Assembly (NCBI GenBank): GCA_947631405.1
Contig: CANRLC010000004.1
Span: 21,635 to 85,634 of the forward strand
Length of the DNA stretch: 64,000 nucleotides
Direction of reading: 5' to 3'
From: an uncultured Clostridia bacterium
Lineage (GTDB): Bacteria > Bacillota > Clostridia > Christensenellales > Aristaeellaceae
The position numbers were made by a program, and so were the translations under genes. The notes under the pieces were generated by a model. That model saw only the letters and a list, made by a program, of their open reading frames with translations, searched no databases and was not told the DNA's origin. Position 1 is the first letter of the stretch; each line of letters starts with the position of its first letter. Shown piece by piece: positions 18,972 to 27,083 of this stretch.

Positions 18972-19571
18972 TCACTCTTCGCGCTGAAATGGAGATTCTG
19001 CCAAAGATTCAGACAAGCGCTCGAAGTGCTTTTGTTTCCATAAGGTAAACAATTCTTCGTCAATCTCCCCCGCCCGGTATAGTTCTAAATACCTTCGGTA
19101 CGGCTCAGAAAAACGCGCAGCGGCGGTATAGTAAATTTTCAGCGTAACACAGCCGTACTCGGTACATTTCCCAGTTTTTTCTTCTTCTTCCTCGCAATAG
19201 CGCTGTTCTTCCTCGTCAAGGCCAGGATACTCTTTCCAAGGAATATAGGAAGTGCTTATTTCCACAGGGACTAGTTTTGCTTCACATAATTTTGTAAAAT
19301 AATAAAGATATTCTCCGCCAGTCATTGGCTCTACTTTGTTTGCATCTTCAATCCCGCAAAGACTGTCCAGTGTCACGCCATAGTAACGGGCAAGCCGGAC
19401 AGCATAATCAAGCTGTGGTTGCTTCTTTCCTGTCTCATAGGCGGACAGCGCCGCGGCGGTCATTCCCACTTTTGCGGCTACTTCCTGCTGTGTCTTCCCT
19501 GCCTTTTTTCGCAGCGCAAGCAGATTTGCGGACAATGTTTTCAATTCCACCATACTACACGCACGCCCCAT
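18972..19571 (-). CDS. XRE-family HTH repressor (cI-like) with an unassigned C-terminal domain
   Basis: The N-terminus LRKKAGKTQQEVAAKVGMTAAALSAYETGKKQP is an HTH_XRE motif. The gene is divergent from the rightward early operon. The start may instead be the ATG at 19553. Confidence 0.8.
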   Translation of the reverse strand: MGRACSMVELKTLSANLLALRKKAGKTQQEVAAKVGMTAAALSAYETGKKQPQLDYAVRLARYYGVTLDSLCGIEDANKVEPMTGGEYLYYFTKLCEAKLVPVEISTSYIPWKEYPGLDEEEQRYCEEEEEKTGKCTEYGCVTLKIYYTAAARFSEPYRRYLELYRAGEIDEELFTLWKQKHFERLSESLAESPFQREE

Positions 19572-19600
19572 CTTTCTTAAATTGTGGTTTATCTTTTTGT

Positions 19601-19630
19601 ATTATAGCGCATCCTGCCGTGAATTGTCAA
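19601..19630 (-). promoter_or_regulatory. Leftward promoter for the cI-like repressor
   Basis: On the minus strand, TTGACA (19625-19630), an 18-nt spacer and TATAAT (19601-19606) are present. Confidence 0.5.
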
Positions 19631-19685
19631 TATTTATTCGTTTACGAAAAGTTGTTTATTTGCTCGACATTCGCTTCTCGTAGCG

Positions 19686-19714
19686 TTGACAAACTTTTCG
19701 AGACGTGGTATAAT
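19686..19714 (+). promoter_or_regulatory. Rightward early promoter of element 1
   Basis: TTGACA (19686-19691), a 17-nt spacer and an extended -10 TGgTATAAT (-10 at 19709-19714) are present. The CTTTTCG operator half-site lies in the spacer. Confidence 0.65.
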
Positions 19715-19819
19715 GTTTTCTGCGAAAAGACATAGCTTCGAACGCAAGGAGGGGTTGCAGATGCAGAACATCGTTCGAGCTGGAAAGAAAACAGACTTGC
19801 AGAAAGGGGATGAATTGGC

Positions 19820-20026
19820 GTGACGCAGCTGGTAAACATCACGCGCGCGTCTGAGATGACAGGCGTGAGCAAGTACGAGCTCCGCCGGGGCGCAAAGCAA
19901 GGGCGGTATCCGTTTATTTTGTGCGGAAACAAGCTCATGTTTGACCCCGCGCAGCTCTCAGCCGTCTTTGAGCGGCAAATGGAGGAGAACAGGAGGGCGG
20001 CGCTTAAGTGCTCAACAAATTCATGA
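19820..20026 (+). CDS. Small HTH DNA-binding protein (excisionase/Cro-like)
   Basis: The GTG start at 19820 follows AAAGGGGA. VNITRASEMTGVSKYELRRGAKQGRYPF resembles the excisionase/MerR-type HTH_17 fold. It is the first substantial gene of the rightward operon. Confidence 0.6.
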   Translation: MTQLVNITRASEMTGVSKYELRRGAKQGRYPFILCGNKLMFDPAQLSAVFERQMEENRRAALKCSTNS

Positions 20027-22692
20027 TCGAGAATCCTTCGGGCTTCCCGCCTGAGTTATTGGGTCTAGATCAATGGGTTTGTTGGCGATATGTGAATCGG
20101 GACGGGAAACGCACAAAGGCCCCCTTCACGCCTGACGGGAGGGCGGCAAAATCAAACCGCGCGGACACGTGGACGAGCTACAAGAACGCCTCCAGCGCGG
20201 CAGGGTTTGACGGTGTCGGCTTTATGTTCGACGGGGAACACGTTGGAATCGACCTCGACCATTGCATAGACCAGAAAACGGGCGAGATCGAGCCGGACGC
20301 CCTCGCCATTGTCAACCGCGTAGACAGCTACACGGAACTCAGCCCAAGCGGGACAGGGTTGCATATCTTCTGCCGGGGCCAACTTAAAGGAAGCGGGCGG
20401 CGTCGCGGAAACGTCGAGGTATACGGCGCGGGGCGGTATTTCACCGTGACCATGCGTCCCTATGGCGAGCCGCGCCAGATGCGCGAGGCAAGCGCCGAAA
20501 TCGCCGCCGTTATCGCGGAATACATCGACAAGCCCAAAAGGGCCGGACAGCGGGCGGCGAAGGTAAATGAAGGTCAGAGACGGGCGCAGACGGTAAAAGA
20601 CGACGACCTGCTAGACAGGATTCGGAACAGCAAGCAGGGCGCATGCTTCGCCGCGCTGTGGAAGGGCGACACGTCCGCTTACCACGGGGACGATTCTGCC
20701 GCAGACCTCGCGCTGTGCAACATCCTCGCATTTTGGACGGGCAAGGACGCCGCACGGATGGACGACCTTTTCCGGCAATCCGGCCTCATGCGCGGCAAAT
20801 GGGACGAGCGGCACGGCCCGGACACCTACGGGCAGATGACCATTCGCAGGGCGATTGACGGCACGACGGAAACATACAGGGAGCCAAAGCGGATAGAAGC
20901 GCCTGACCTCCCGCAGATGAGCGAAGAAGGATCCCCGTTCCGCCGCTTCGAGGAAGCCTATCAGCACGTGAACGGCTATCTGGCCTCGCGCGGCATGCTT
21001 TACGCCGTGACGCAGGCAAAAGGCGAAATTCAAACCGCGCCGTTGGCCAAGTTTATCGCTGTGCTGACAGAAATCACGACGCGAGATAACGGCGTTGAAA
21101 CGTGCAAGGAGTTTTGCGTCGAAGGTATCAACAATTACGGCGAGCCTTTGCCACCGGTCAACGTCCTAGCAAGTCGATTCAGCGCCATGACGTGGCCGCT
21201 GGAGGCGTGGGGCGTCGATGCGAACATCTATCCCGGCATGTCTTGCAAGGAGAAGCTGCGATTTGCAATCATGGAAGCCGGGCACTTCACAGCAAGCCGC
21301 CGCACCGTTTACGAGCACACGGGCTGGAGGAAAATAGCGGGGAAATGGGCTTATCTCTACAATGGCGGGGCCATTGGCGCTGACGGTCTCAGCGTCGAAT
21401 TGGAGGGCGCGCTGGGCAGGTACAGTCTGCCGGAGCACGGCGGGAGCATGACGCCGACGCGGGAGCTTCTCAACGTATTGCCGCGCCGCGTGGCTATTCC
21501 TTTGCTTGCGCACGTCTTTCTCGCCCCGCTTCGGGAGTTTTTGAGCATGGCGGGCTGTACGCCGGCATTTATCCTCTTTCTTGCCGGGGCGACTGGCGCG
21601 AAAAAGAGCACGATTGCGGCGCTTGGCTTGTCCCATTATGGCGCAGGCTTTGATGGGCAGCACTTGCCCGCGAGCTTTCACGACACGCAAAACGCGCTGC
21701 GCCGCAAGGCTTTCTCCCTCAAGGACGCGCTTTTGATTATTGATGACCTGCACCCGACCAGCGATCCACGGGAGCGCCGGACGATGGACGGCAGCGCGCA
21801 AGCGATGGCGCGCGCGTGGGGAGACCTGGCAGAGCGTGGAAGACTGCGCGCAGACACATCTTTTCAGAAGGAACAGCCGCCGCGCGGTCTGGGCATGATG
21901 ACAGGCGAAGATTTGCCAGACGTGGGCGAAAGCGGGCTTGCCCGGTTCTTCCTCGTGGAAATCGGACGCGCGGAAATCACCGTTGACGATCGGCTATCAG
22001 ACCTCCAGCAACGGGCATCACGCGGCGAGTTTGCCGCCTCCATGCGGACTTATTTGGAATGGTTACTCCCCCGCGCGGATGACCTTCCCGGCAAGCTGGG
22101 CGATGCTTTCCGCAAGTACCGCAGCGAGGCGCGCGCGCGTCTTGTCGGCACGCATGACCGACAGCCCGCCGCCGTCGCGTGGTTGATGATCGGTTTTGAA
22201 ACGGCGTTGGATTGCATGGTTGACCACAACGAATTGACCGACGCGCAACGCGAAGACCTGCGCAAGGAAGCGTTTGAAACGCTCATCAACACGGCCAGCG
22301 AACAGCAACGGGATATGGCGCAGGCGTCGCCGTGTAAACTATTTATATCGACCTTACTTCAAATGGAAGCGGCGGGCGATGTGTCATTCGTCCAACTTGG
22401 CGGTTATGCGCCGCCGATTAGCTATCAAAGCGCTGCGCAAAATATCGGTTACAAGGATGAGGACTTTTATTATCTGCATCCTGTGTTGGCTTATGGCGCT
22501 GTCAATGACGTTTTGCGCGATAATGGAACGAGCTTGCCAGTCTCGCGCGGTCGCCTGTGGCGGCAGATGGGCGAAGCCGGATTGATTGAGCTTGCGCCAA
22601 ATGGGGACACGAGCAAAACGAAGAAAGTAGGCCCCAAAGATTCGCCCCGCGTCGTTTGGTTGAAGCGACAAAAGGCCGAAAGCCTCGCGTAA
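20008..22692 (+). CDS. Bifunctional primase-polymerase / helicase replication protein
   Basis: The N-terminal prim-pol signature is WVCWRY...KAPF...GVGFMFDG..VGIDLDHC...SPSGTGLHIF. The central region is PriCT-like (ADLALCNILAFWTGKD...). The C-terminal P-loop domain has the Walker A motif GATGAKKST (DUF927/D5-like). Confidence 0.8.
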   Translation: MLNKFMIENPSGFPPELLGLDQWVCWRYVNRDGKRTKAPFTPDGRAAKSNRADTWTSYKNASSAAGFDGVGFMFDGEHVGIDLDHCIDQKTGEIEPDALAIVNRVDSYTELSPSGTGLHIFCRGQLKGSGRRRGNVEVYGAGRYFTVTMRPYGEPRQMREASAEIAAVIAEYIDKPKRAGQRAAKVNEGQRRAQTVKDDDLLDRIRNSKQGACFAALWKGDTSAYHGDDSAADLALCNILAFWTGKDAARMDDLFRQSGLMRGKWDERHGPDTYGQMTIRRAIDGTTETYREPKRIEAPDLPQMSEEGSPFRRFEEAYQHVNGYLASRGMLYAVTQAKGEIQTAPLAKFIAVLTEITTRDNGVETCKEFCVEGINNYGEPLPPVNVLASRFSAMTWPLEAWGVDANIYPGMSCKEKLRFAIMEAGHFTASRRTVYEHTGWRKIAGKWAYLYNGGAIGADGLSVELEGALGRYSLPEHGGSMTPTRELLNVLPRRVAIPLLAHVFLAPLREFLSMAGCTPAFILFLAGATGAKKSTIAALGLSHYGAGFDGQHLPASFHDTQNALRRKAFSLKDALLIIDDLHPTSDPRERRTMDGSAQAMARAWGDLAERGRLRADTSFQKEQPPRGLGMMTGEDLPDVGESGLARFFLVEIGRAEITVDDRLSDLQQRASRGEFAASMRTYLEWLLPRADDLPGKLGDAFRKYRSEARARLVGTHDRQPAAVAWLMIGFETALDCMVDHNELTDAQREDLRKEAFETLINTASEQQRDMAQASPCKLFISTLLQMEAAGDVSFVQLGGYAPPISYQSAAQNIGYKDEDFYYLHPVLAYGAVNDVLRDNGTSLPVSRGRLWRQMGEAGLIELAPNGDTSKTKKVGPKDSPRVVWLKRQKAESLA

Positions 22693-22810
22693 AGCCCGCC
22701 TGACAGCCTGCGCGCCCGTCTGACGGCTTCCGGGCCGATGCTGGAGGGATTGCTCATCATCGAACACGGCGCGCCAGAACGGCTTATAACGCAAACAAGG
22801 AGGAAACACA

Positions 22811-23950
22811 ATGAACGAAGTTATAAAAATCGACCCGGCGCTCAGAGATTTAATCCCACCTCTGGCAAGCGATGAGCGGTCAAAACTTGAAGAAAGTATC
22901 GTTTCGGAAGGTTGCAGAGAAGCGCTAATTTTATGGAACGGCACGCTGATAGACGGTCATAACAGATATGAGATATGCAAGAAACATGGTATCAGTTTCA
23001 AAACCACGCAGAAAAATTTCCGTGACCGTGACGATGCAATTTCATGGATGATTAAGAATCAGATCGGCAGGAGGAATCTTCCGGCATATGAGCGGACGAG
23101 GTTAGTGCTAAGATTAAAACCTTCAATCGCAGAAAAGGCGAAAAAGAATCTTGTAACGTCTACTGGCGGTTGCAATGCCCGACCTTTGCAGAAATCTGCA
23201 AAGGCGGGAAGCGTCAACACCGTGGAAGAAATCGCAAAGGCCGCTAACGTTTCCCGCGATACGGTTCAGAAAGTGGAAAAGCTGGAATCAATGGCACCGC
23301 CTGAGATAAAGCAAAAATTACGTTCTGGCGATATGTCCATCAATGAAGCGTATCAGCTTGTCCGGCGTCAAGAGAAGGAAGAAGCGCGAGAAGAACAGCG
23401 GCAGGAAAACGCGGAGAAGGTGAAAAAGCTCGCAACGCCGCTGGACGCACAAGGGCTGTTCCAGACGATTGTGATTGACCCGCCGTGGGACTGGGGCGAC
23501 GAGGGCGACGTTGACCAATTCGGCAGGGCAAGGCCGGACTACACAACGATGTCGATTGAAGAAATCGAAAAGCTCCCTGTTGGAAAGATCGCGGATGAAA
23601 ACTGTCACCTGTATCTGTGGGCCACGAATCGGAGCCTGCCGAAAGCGTTCAGGCTGCTGGAGGCGTGGGGATTCAGATACATTACCTGCCTGACGTGGGT
23701 GAAGCCCAGTATCGGAATGGGCAACTACTTCCGCGGAGACACGGAGCAGGTCATTTTCGGCGTGAAAGGAAGCCAGATGCTAAAGCGAAGGGATGTAGGA
23801 ACGCACTTCAACGCGCCGCGCGGAGACGGTCACAGCGCAAAGCCGGACGCTTTCTACAAGCTGGTCGAATCGTGCAGCTACGGCCCGTATATTGACATTT
23901 TCGGGCGCAAGGAACGCGAAGGTTGGTCTGTGTGGGGTGAGAACGGTTGA
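22811..23950 (+). CDS. ParB-like N-terminal domain fused to an MT-A70 family N6-adenine DNA methyltransferase
   Basis: The N-terminus (LILWNGTLIDGHNRYEIC) is ParB/Srx-like. The C-terminus has the catalytic motif VIDPPWDW and YLWATN, which are typical of MT-A70 methylases. Confidence 0.8.
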   Translation: MNEVIKIDPALRDLIPPLASDERSKLEESIVSEGCREALILWNGTLIDGHNRYEICKKHGISFKTTQKNFRDRDDAISWMIKNQIGRRNLPAYERTRLVLRLKPSIAEKAKKNLVTSTGGCNARPLQKSAKAGSVNTVEEIAKAANVSRDTVQKVEKLESMAPPEIKQKLRSGDMSINEAYQLVRRQEKEEAREEQRQENAEKVKKLATPLDAQGLFQTIVIDPPWDWGDEGDVDQFGRARPDYTTMSIEEIEKLPVGKIADENCHLYLWATNRSLPKAFRLLEAWGFRYITCLTWVKPSIGMGNYFRGDTEQVIFGVKGSQMLKRRDVGTHFNAPRGDGHSAKPDAFYKLVESCSYGPYIDIFGRKEREGWSVWGENG

Positions 23951-24339
23951 GCAACCGCAGGCAACGCCGCCCTGCTTCGTTCTGCGCCGTCTGAGGCTGT
24001 CAAAACAGGGCCTGTCGCGCGTTCCGGCTGGCTGGAGGTGCAGACGGTCGTTCCGATGTGGACGCGGCGAGAGAGCCTATTTTGACGGCCTGACGGGGCG
24101 CTGACGGGACGCACAGGAAACGGCAGAGCGCGAGCAGAAAACGCTTGTACAAAATGAAACAGGCCGGATTTCTCCGACCTGCTCATTGAGTAGGAACCCG
24201 GTCAAAGGTTCCTTTTACGATGAAAGGGATTTCTCCCTATCTGCCCAGCCGATCAAGGCCGGGCTTTTCGATACCTCAATGATAAAGCATATGTTGCGCC
24301 GTTGTCAAGAGTGCATCCCTGAAAATTTTTGCCGCTTTT

Positions 24340-24957
24340 TTATATTGCGAGCGCTTCTTGAATCCGTTGTTTCAAAGTTTGGTCTGAATTGGGAGACAGC
24401 TCTTTCTGCACATCGAGAAGCAGAGAACGCAAGACTTTTATCTTTTCTTCTTTTGCGTCTCCGCGCTTCTGCGCCGTCTCCAGCTTTCCTTCAACCGTCT
24501 TATAGTATCCGTATAGATCGGTAACAGAAGCAAGCGCGCGATCAACGGCAAGCATATCCGCCTTTGTAAGAACCGCTTTGCGCTGTGTAAGGCGGGCTTT
24601 GCTGACAGAACGTATTCCGGCAACATCAACATAGCCCTCAATCAGCAGCTTTCCTTGCGCATCCGTCTGCTGGGTAATTGGGACTAACAGAGCTGACTTT
24701 TTGCGCTGTGTCGCGTGCGTAATAGGGGCAACGCAAACACTTTGCCGATTTATAGATGTTGCGTCATTCTCAATAATCACACACGGATGATAGCCGCGCA
24801 ATTCTGTGCCAATATTATAGCCAAAATCGCATCCGTATACCTCGCCGCGTGTGACGCTGATCGTTTGGCCGGGAATGAGTCTTCGCGCCTTAATGTCCAG
24901 CTTTTTTTCTAGCCATTGAAGCTCGTCTTTTGTCTCTTGCAGGTCAATATTGGCCAT
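24340..24957 (-). CDS. MazF/PemK-fold toxin with N- and C-terminal coiled-coil-like extensions (205 aa)
   Basis: The core RGEVYGCDFGYNIGTELRGYHPCVIIEND...VCVAPITH...SVSKARL matches the PemK/MazF pattern (RGD-Y..DF.P..G.E..G.RP.vV.S.D...v..P.T). About 35 aa are added at the N-terminus and about 65 aa at the C-terminus. Confidence 0.65.
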   Translation of the reverse strand: MANIDLQETKDELQWLEKKLDIKARRLIPGQTISVTRGEVYGCDFGYNIGTELRGYHPCVIIENDATSINRQSVCVAPITHATQRKKSALLVPITQQTDAQGKLLIEGYVDVAGIRSVSKARLTQRKAVLTKADMLAVDRALASVTDLYGYYKTVEGKLETAQKRGDAKEEKIKVLRSLLLDVQKELSPNSDQTLKQRIQEALAI

Positions 24958-24972
24958 TGTGCATAGTCTCCT

Positions 24973-25176
24973 TTATTCTTCTTGCGGTTGCTTCCATTCG
25001 GCCTCTGACAGCTTCATATCTTCGCGGAGAAGCGTATTGACAAGGTTATTGACGGACATACCCTTTTCCCGTGCGTGCGCTTCTACGGCGCTTTTGCGCT
25101 CTTTAGGGATTGTAATGGCCAGTCGTGCATATGTGCGCTCATTGAAAGCGCGGCGGTAGTCTGTGGCTTTGGTCAT
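24973..25176 (-). CDS. Ribbon-helix-helix (CopG/Arc-like) antitoxin candidate
   Basis: This 67-aa ORF ends 15 nt upstream of the toxin gene and has the RBS GGAGGTG. YARLAITIPKERKSAVEAHAREKGMSVNNLVNTLL fits a beta-strand plus two-helix RHH layout. Confidence 0.6.
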   Translation of the reverse strand: MTKATDYRRAFNERTYARLAITIPKERKSAVEAHAREKGMSVNNLVNTLLREDMKLSEAEWKQPQEE

Positions 25177-25246
25177 GCTTTATCACCTCCATTATAAGCG
25201 GCCCTCCTCCACCCTGCAATGATTATATCAAAAAATCAAGAGTTTA

Positions 25247-25316
25247 TCTAGTGTTAGATTGCACAAGAATCTAGCGCTAGATTTGTTATGTCTAGTGCTA
25301 GACATCTAACGCTAGA
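25247..25316. promoter_or_regulatory. Four 12-bp palindromic operators (TCTAGnGnTAGA) overlapping divergent promoters
   Basis: The sites are TCTAGTGTTAGA (25247-25258), TCTAGCGCTAGA (25270-25281), TCTAGTGCTAGA (25291-25302) and TCTAACGCTAGA (25305-25316). The rightward promoter is TAGACA (25299-25304), 17 nt, then TGcTATACT (-10 at 25322-25327). The leftward TA promoter is TGaTATAAT (+ strand 25222-25227), with its -35 inside the first operator. Confidence 0.7.
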
Positions 25317-25465
25317 TGTGCTATACTCATAGTGTCGAAAGGGAAACCGCCCGGTGCTATGAGTGAGACGCTAGCCGCGCAGGATGACGCATAGGAGCCA
25401 GGGCACGAGCCGGGCGGGAACCCTGAAACAACACGAACGACCGACAAGCGAAAGGAGCAATCGCA

Positions 25466-25693
25466 ATGAAGTACAGCCGCTGGAACCGCACGATTAAGAG
25501 CCTCGCCGACGTGATCGAGCACGCGAACGAGATCAAGGCCGCGCAGGACAGGATGAACGCTCACGACCGGGACGAGGCCGACAACGAACTCGCGCTGATC
25601 GCTGACATGCTCCACCTGATGGGCAAGGAAATCCAATTCTTCCCTGACAGCGAAAGAAACTTCAAGGCCCATCTGATGAACCTTCCCGCCTGA
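25466..25693 (+). CDS. Hypothetical small protein (75 aa)
   Basis: The ORF has the RBS AAAGGAG. It is the first gene downstream of the operator-controlled rightward promoter. Confidence 0.5.
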   Translation: MKYSRWNRTIKSLADVIEHANEIKAAQDRMNAHDRDEADNELALIADMLHLMGKEIQFFPDSERNFKAHLMNLPA

Positions 25694-25814
25694 TGAGAGC
25701 TGGACGGCAACCAGCCGAAACGCCGCGAGGCGTAGCGGGACAGCCGAAAGTAGGGCGCAACCCTGACGGCGACCCTGACGGACGAACGACCGACACCGAA
25801 AAGGAGGCAAACCC

Positions 25815-26138
25815 ATGAAATTCAACCTTGCCGAGATCATGCGCCGCGCGTGGGAGATCAAGCGCGACCCGCGCCACGTCTACAGCTTCGGAACCTGCCT
25901 CAAGCTGGCATGGGCCGAGGCGAAGGGCGGCAAGCGCTACGGCGTCAACGTCGAGCTGGTGCGCGCGCAGGTCACGGCTTACATCGTCAAGCTGATGCGG
26001 AACATCCGCGACGAGCACGACGTCCACAAGCTGGAAGCGCTTCGGGCCGCGCTGCTGGCACCGATTGACCGGCACGGCGTTGCAGTGCTGGACGGCAAGA
26101 CGGCGGGCCTCGTGCGGTACGCTGTCCAGCACGCATGA
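25815..26138 (+). CDS. Hypothetical protein (107 aa)
   Basis: The ORF has the RBS AAGGAGG. Its leader is nearly identical to that of the preceding gene. Confidence 0.5.
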   Translation: MKFNLAEIMRRAWEIKRDPRHVYSFGTCLKLAWAEAKGGKRYGVNVELVRAQVTAYIVKLMRNIRDEHDVHKLEALRAALLAPIDRHGVAVLDGKTAGLVRYAVQHA

Positions 26139-26251
26139 AAAGAGCCGCCAAGGGCGGCAACCCTACGGCGGCGAGCGTCACCCAGGCAGACACGAACCGG
26201 GGGACGGCTCCAGTATAGCACGGGGCCGCCCTCCCACGCAAGGAGGAACGC

Positions 26252-26500
26252 ATGAACAACGTAACAATTCTGGCCGATGCGCTGCGAAGCGGGACGGCGA
26301 CACCTGACCAGATCGAAGCGGCGGCGGGCCTGTTGACCCGCTGGGCCGTGTTGCTGGCCGATGTGGAAGCGATGAGCGAATATCGCGCGCATTTTGTGGA
26401 ACTGCTGGCTAAAACTTATATCAAACTCGAACAGAAAGACAGCACGGAGGGAGGCGCAGAGCATGACAGCGGCAGAGCGGGAAGCGATGATTCTCAGTAA
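26252..26500 (+). CDS. Hypothetical protein (82 aa)
   Basis: The ORF has the RBS AAGGAGG and overlaps the start of the sigma-factor gene by 38 nt. Confidence 0.45.
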   Translation: MNNVTILADALRSGTATPDQIEAAAGLLTRWAVLLADVEAMSEYRAHFVELLAKTYIKLEQKDSTEGGAEHDSGRAGSDDSQ

Positions 26501-27044
26501 TCGCGGCCTTGTCGGCTTCGCGGCGCGGCGGTACAACCTGCCCGGCGCTGACGCGGATGACCTGTTCCAGATCGGCGCTATCGGGCTTATCAAGGCGGTT
26601 GACAGCTACGATGCGGGACGCGGCGTCAAGCTGGCTTCCTATGCCTTGCGCTGCATCGACAACGAGATTTTGATGGCCCTTCGTGTCAGTCAGAGACGCC
26701 GCCGGGAAGTTTCATTGGATTCGCCTTTGCTGGAGGACGCCAACAGCGGAAAGGCGCTGACGCTGGCCGACAAGCTGATAACGGAATCTGACACTGTGTT
26801 TGAAGCGGTGCGGCGGCAGATGCGGAATGAAGCGCTGCATAAGGCGCTGGAGGTTCTGAGCGAGCGAGAACGCGCTATCATCGTGGGACACTACGACCTC
26901 GACGGGCAAGGCGCGGTGAATCAAGCAGAACTGGCGCGGCGGATCGGCATCAGTCAGGGCTATGTGTCACGGCTGGAAAGGCACGCGCTCCACATCTTGA
27001 AAGCATACCTGACCGAGACGGGTACGGTCGAACAGACGGCATGA
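26463..27044 (+). CDS. Sigma-70 family RNA polymerase sigma factor (group 3, sporulation-sigma-like), element-encoded
   Basis: The start MTAAEREAMILSNRGLV follows GGAGGGAGG. Region 2 is DDLFQIGAIGLIKAVDSYD...KLASYALRCIDNEILM. The region 4 HTH is NQAELARRIGISQGYVSRLERHAL. Confidence 0.8.
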   Translation: MTAAEREAMILSNRGLVGFAARRYNLPGADADDLFQIGAIGLIKAVDSYDAGRGVKLASYALRCIDNEILMALRVSQRRRREVSLDSPLLEDANSGKALTLADKLITESDTVFEAVRRQMRNEALHKALEVLSERERAIIVGHYDLDGQGAVNQAELARRIGISQGYVSRLERHALHILKAYLTETGTVEQTA

Positions 27045-27083
27045 AGCCCGCACAAGTGAAGGAATAGACAGGAGGTTTCAAGC

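Noticed and set aside
23878-24524. ORFs 23878-24186(-) and 24186-24524(+) between the methylase and the toxin gene
   Set aside because: The first overlaps the methylase 3' end antisense and is Ser/Arg/Pro-rich. The second runs antisense through the MazF-fold gene. The intergenic part is better explained by two plus-strand terminator hairpins (24166-24187 and 24191-24216).
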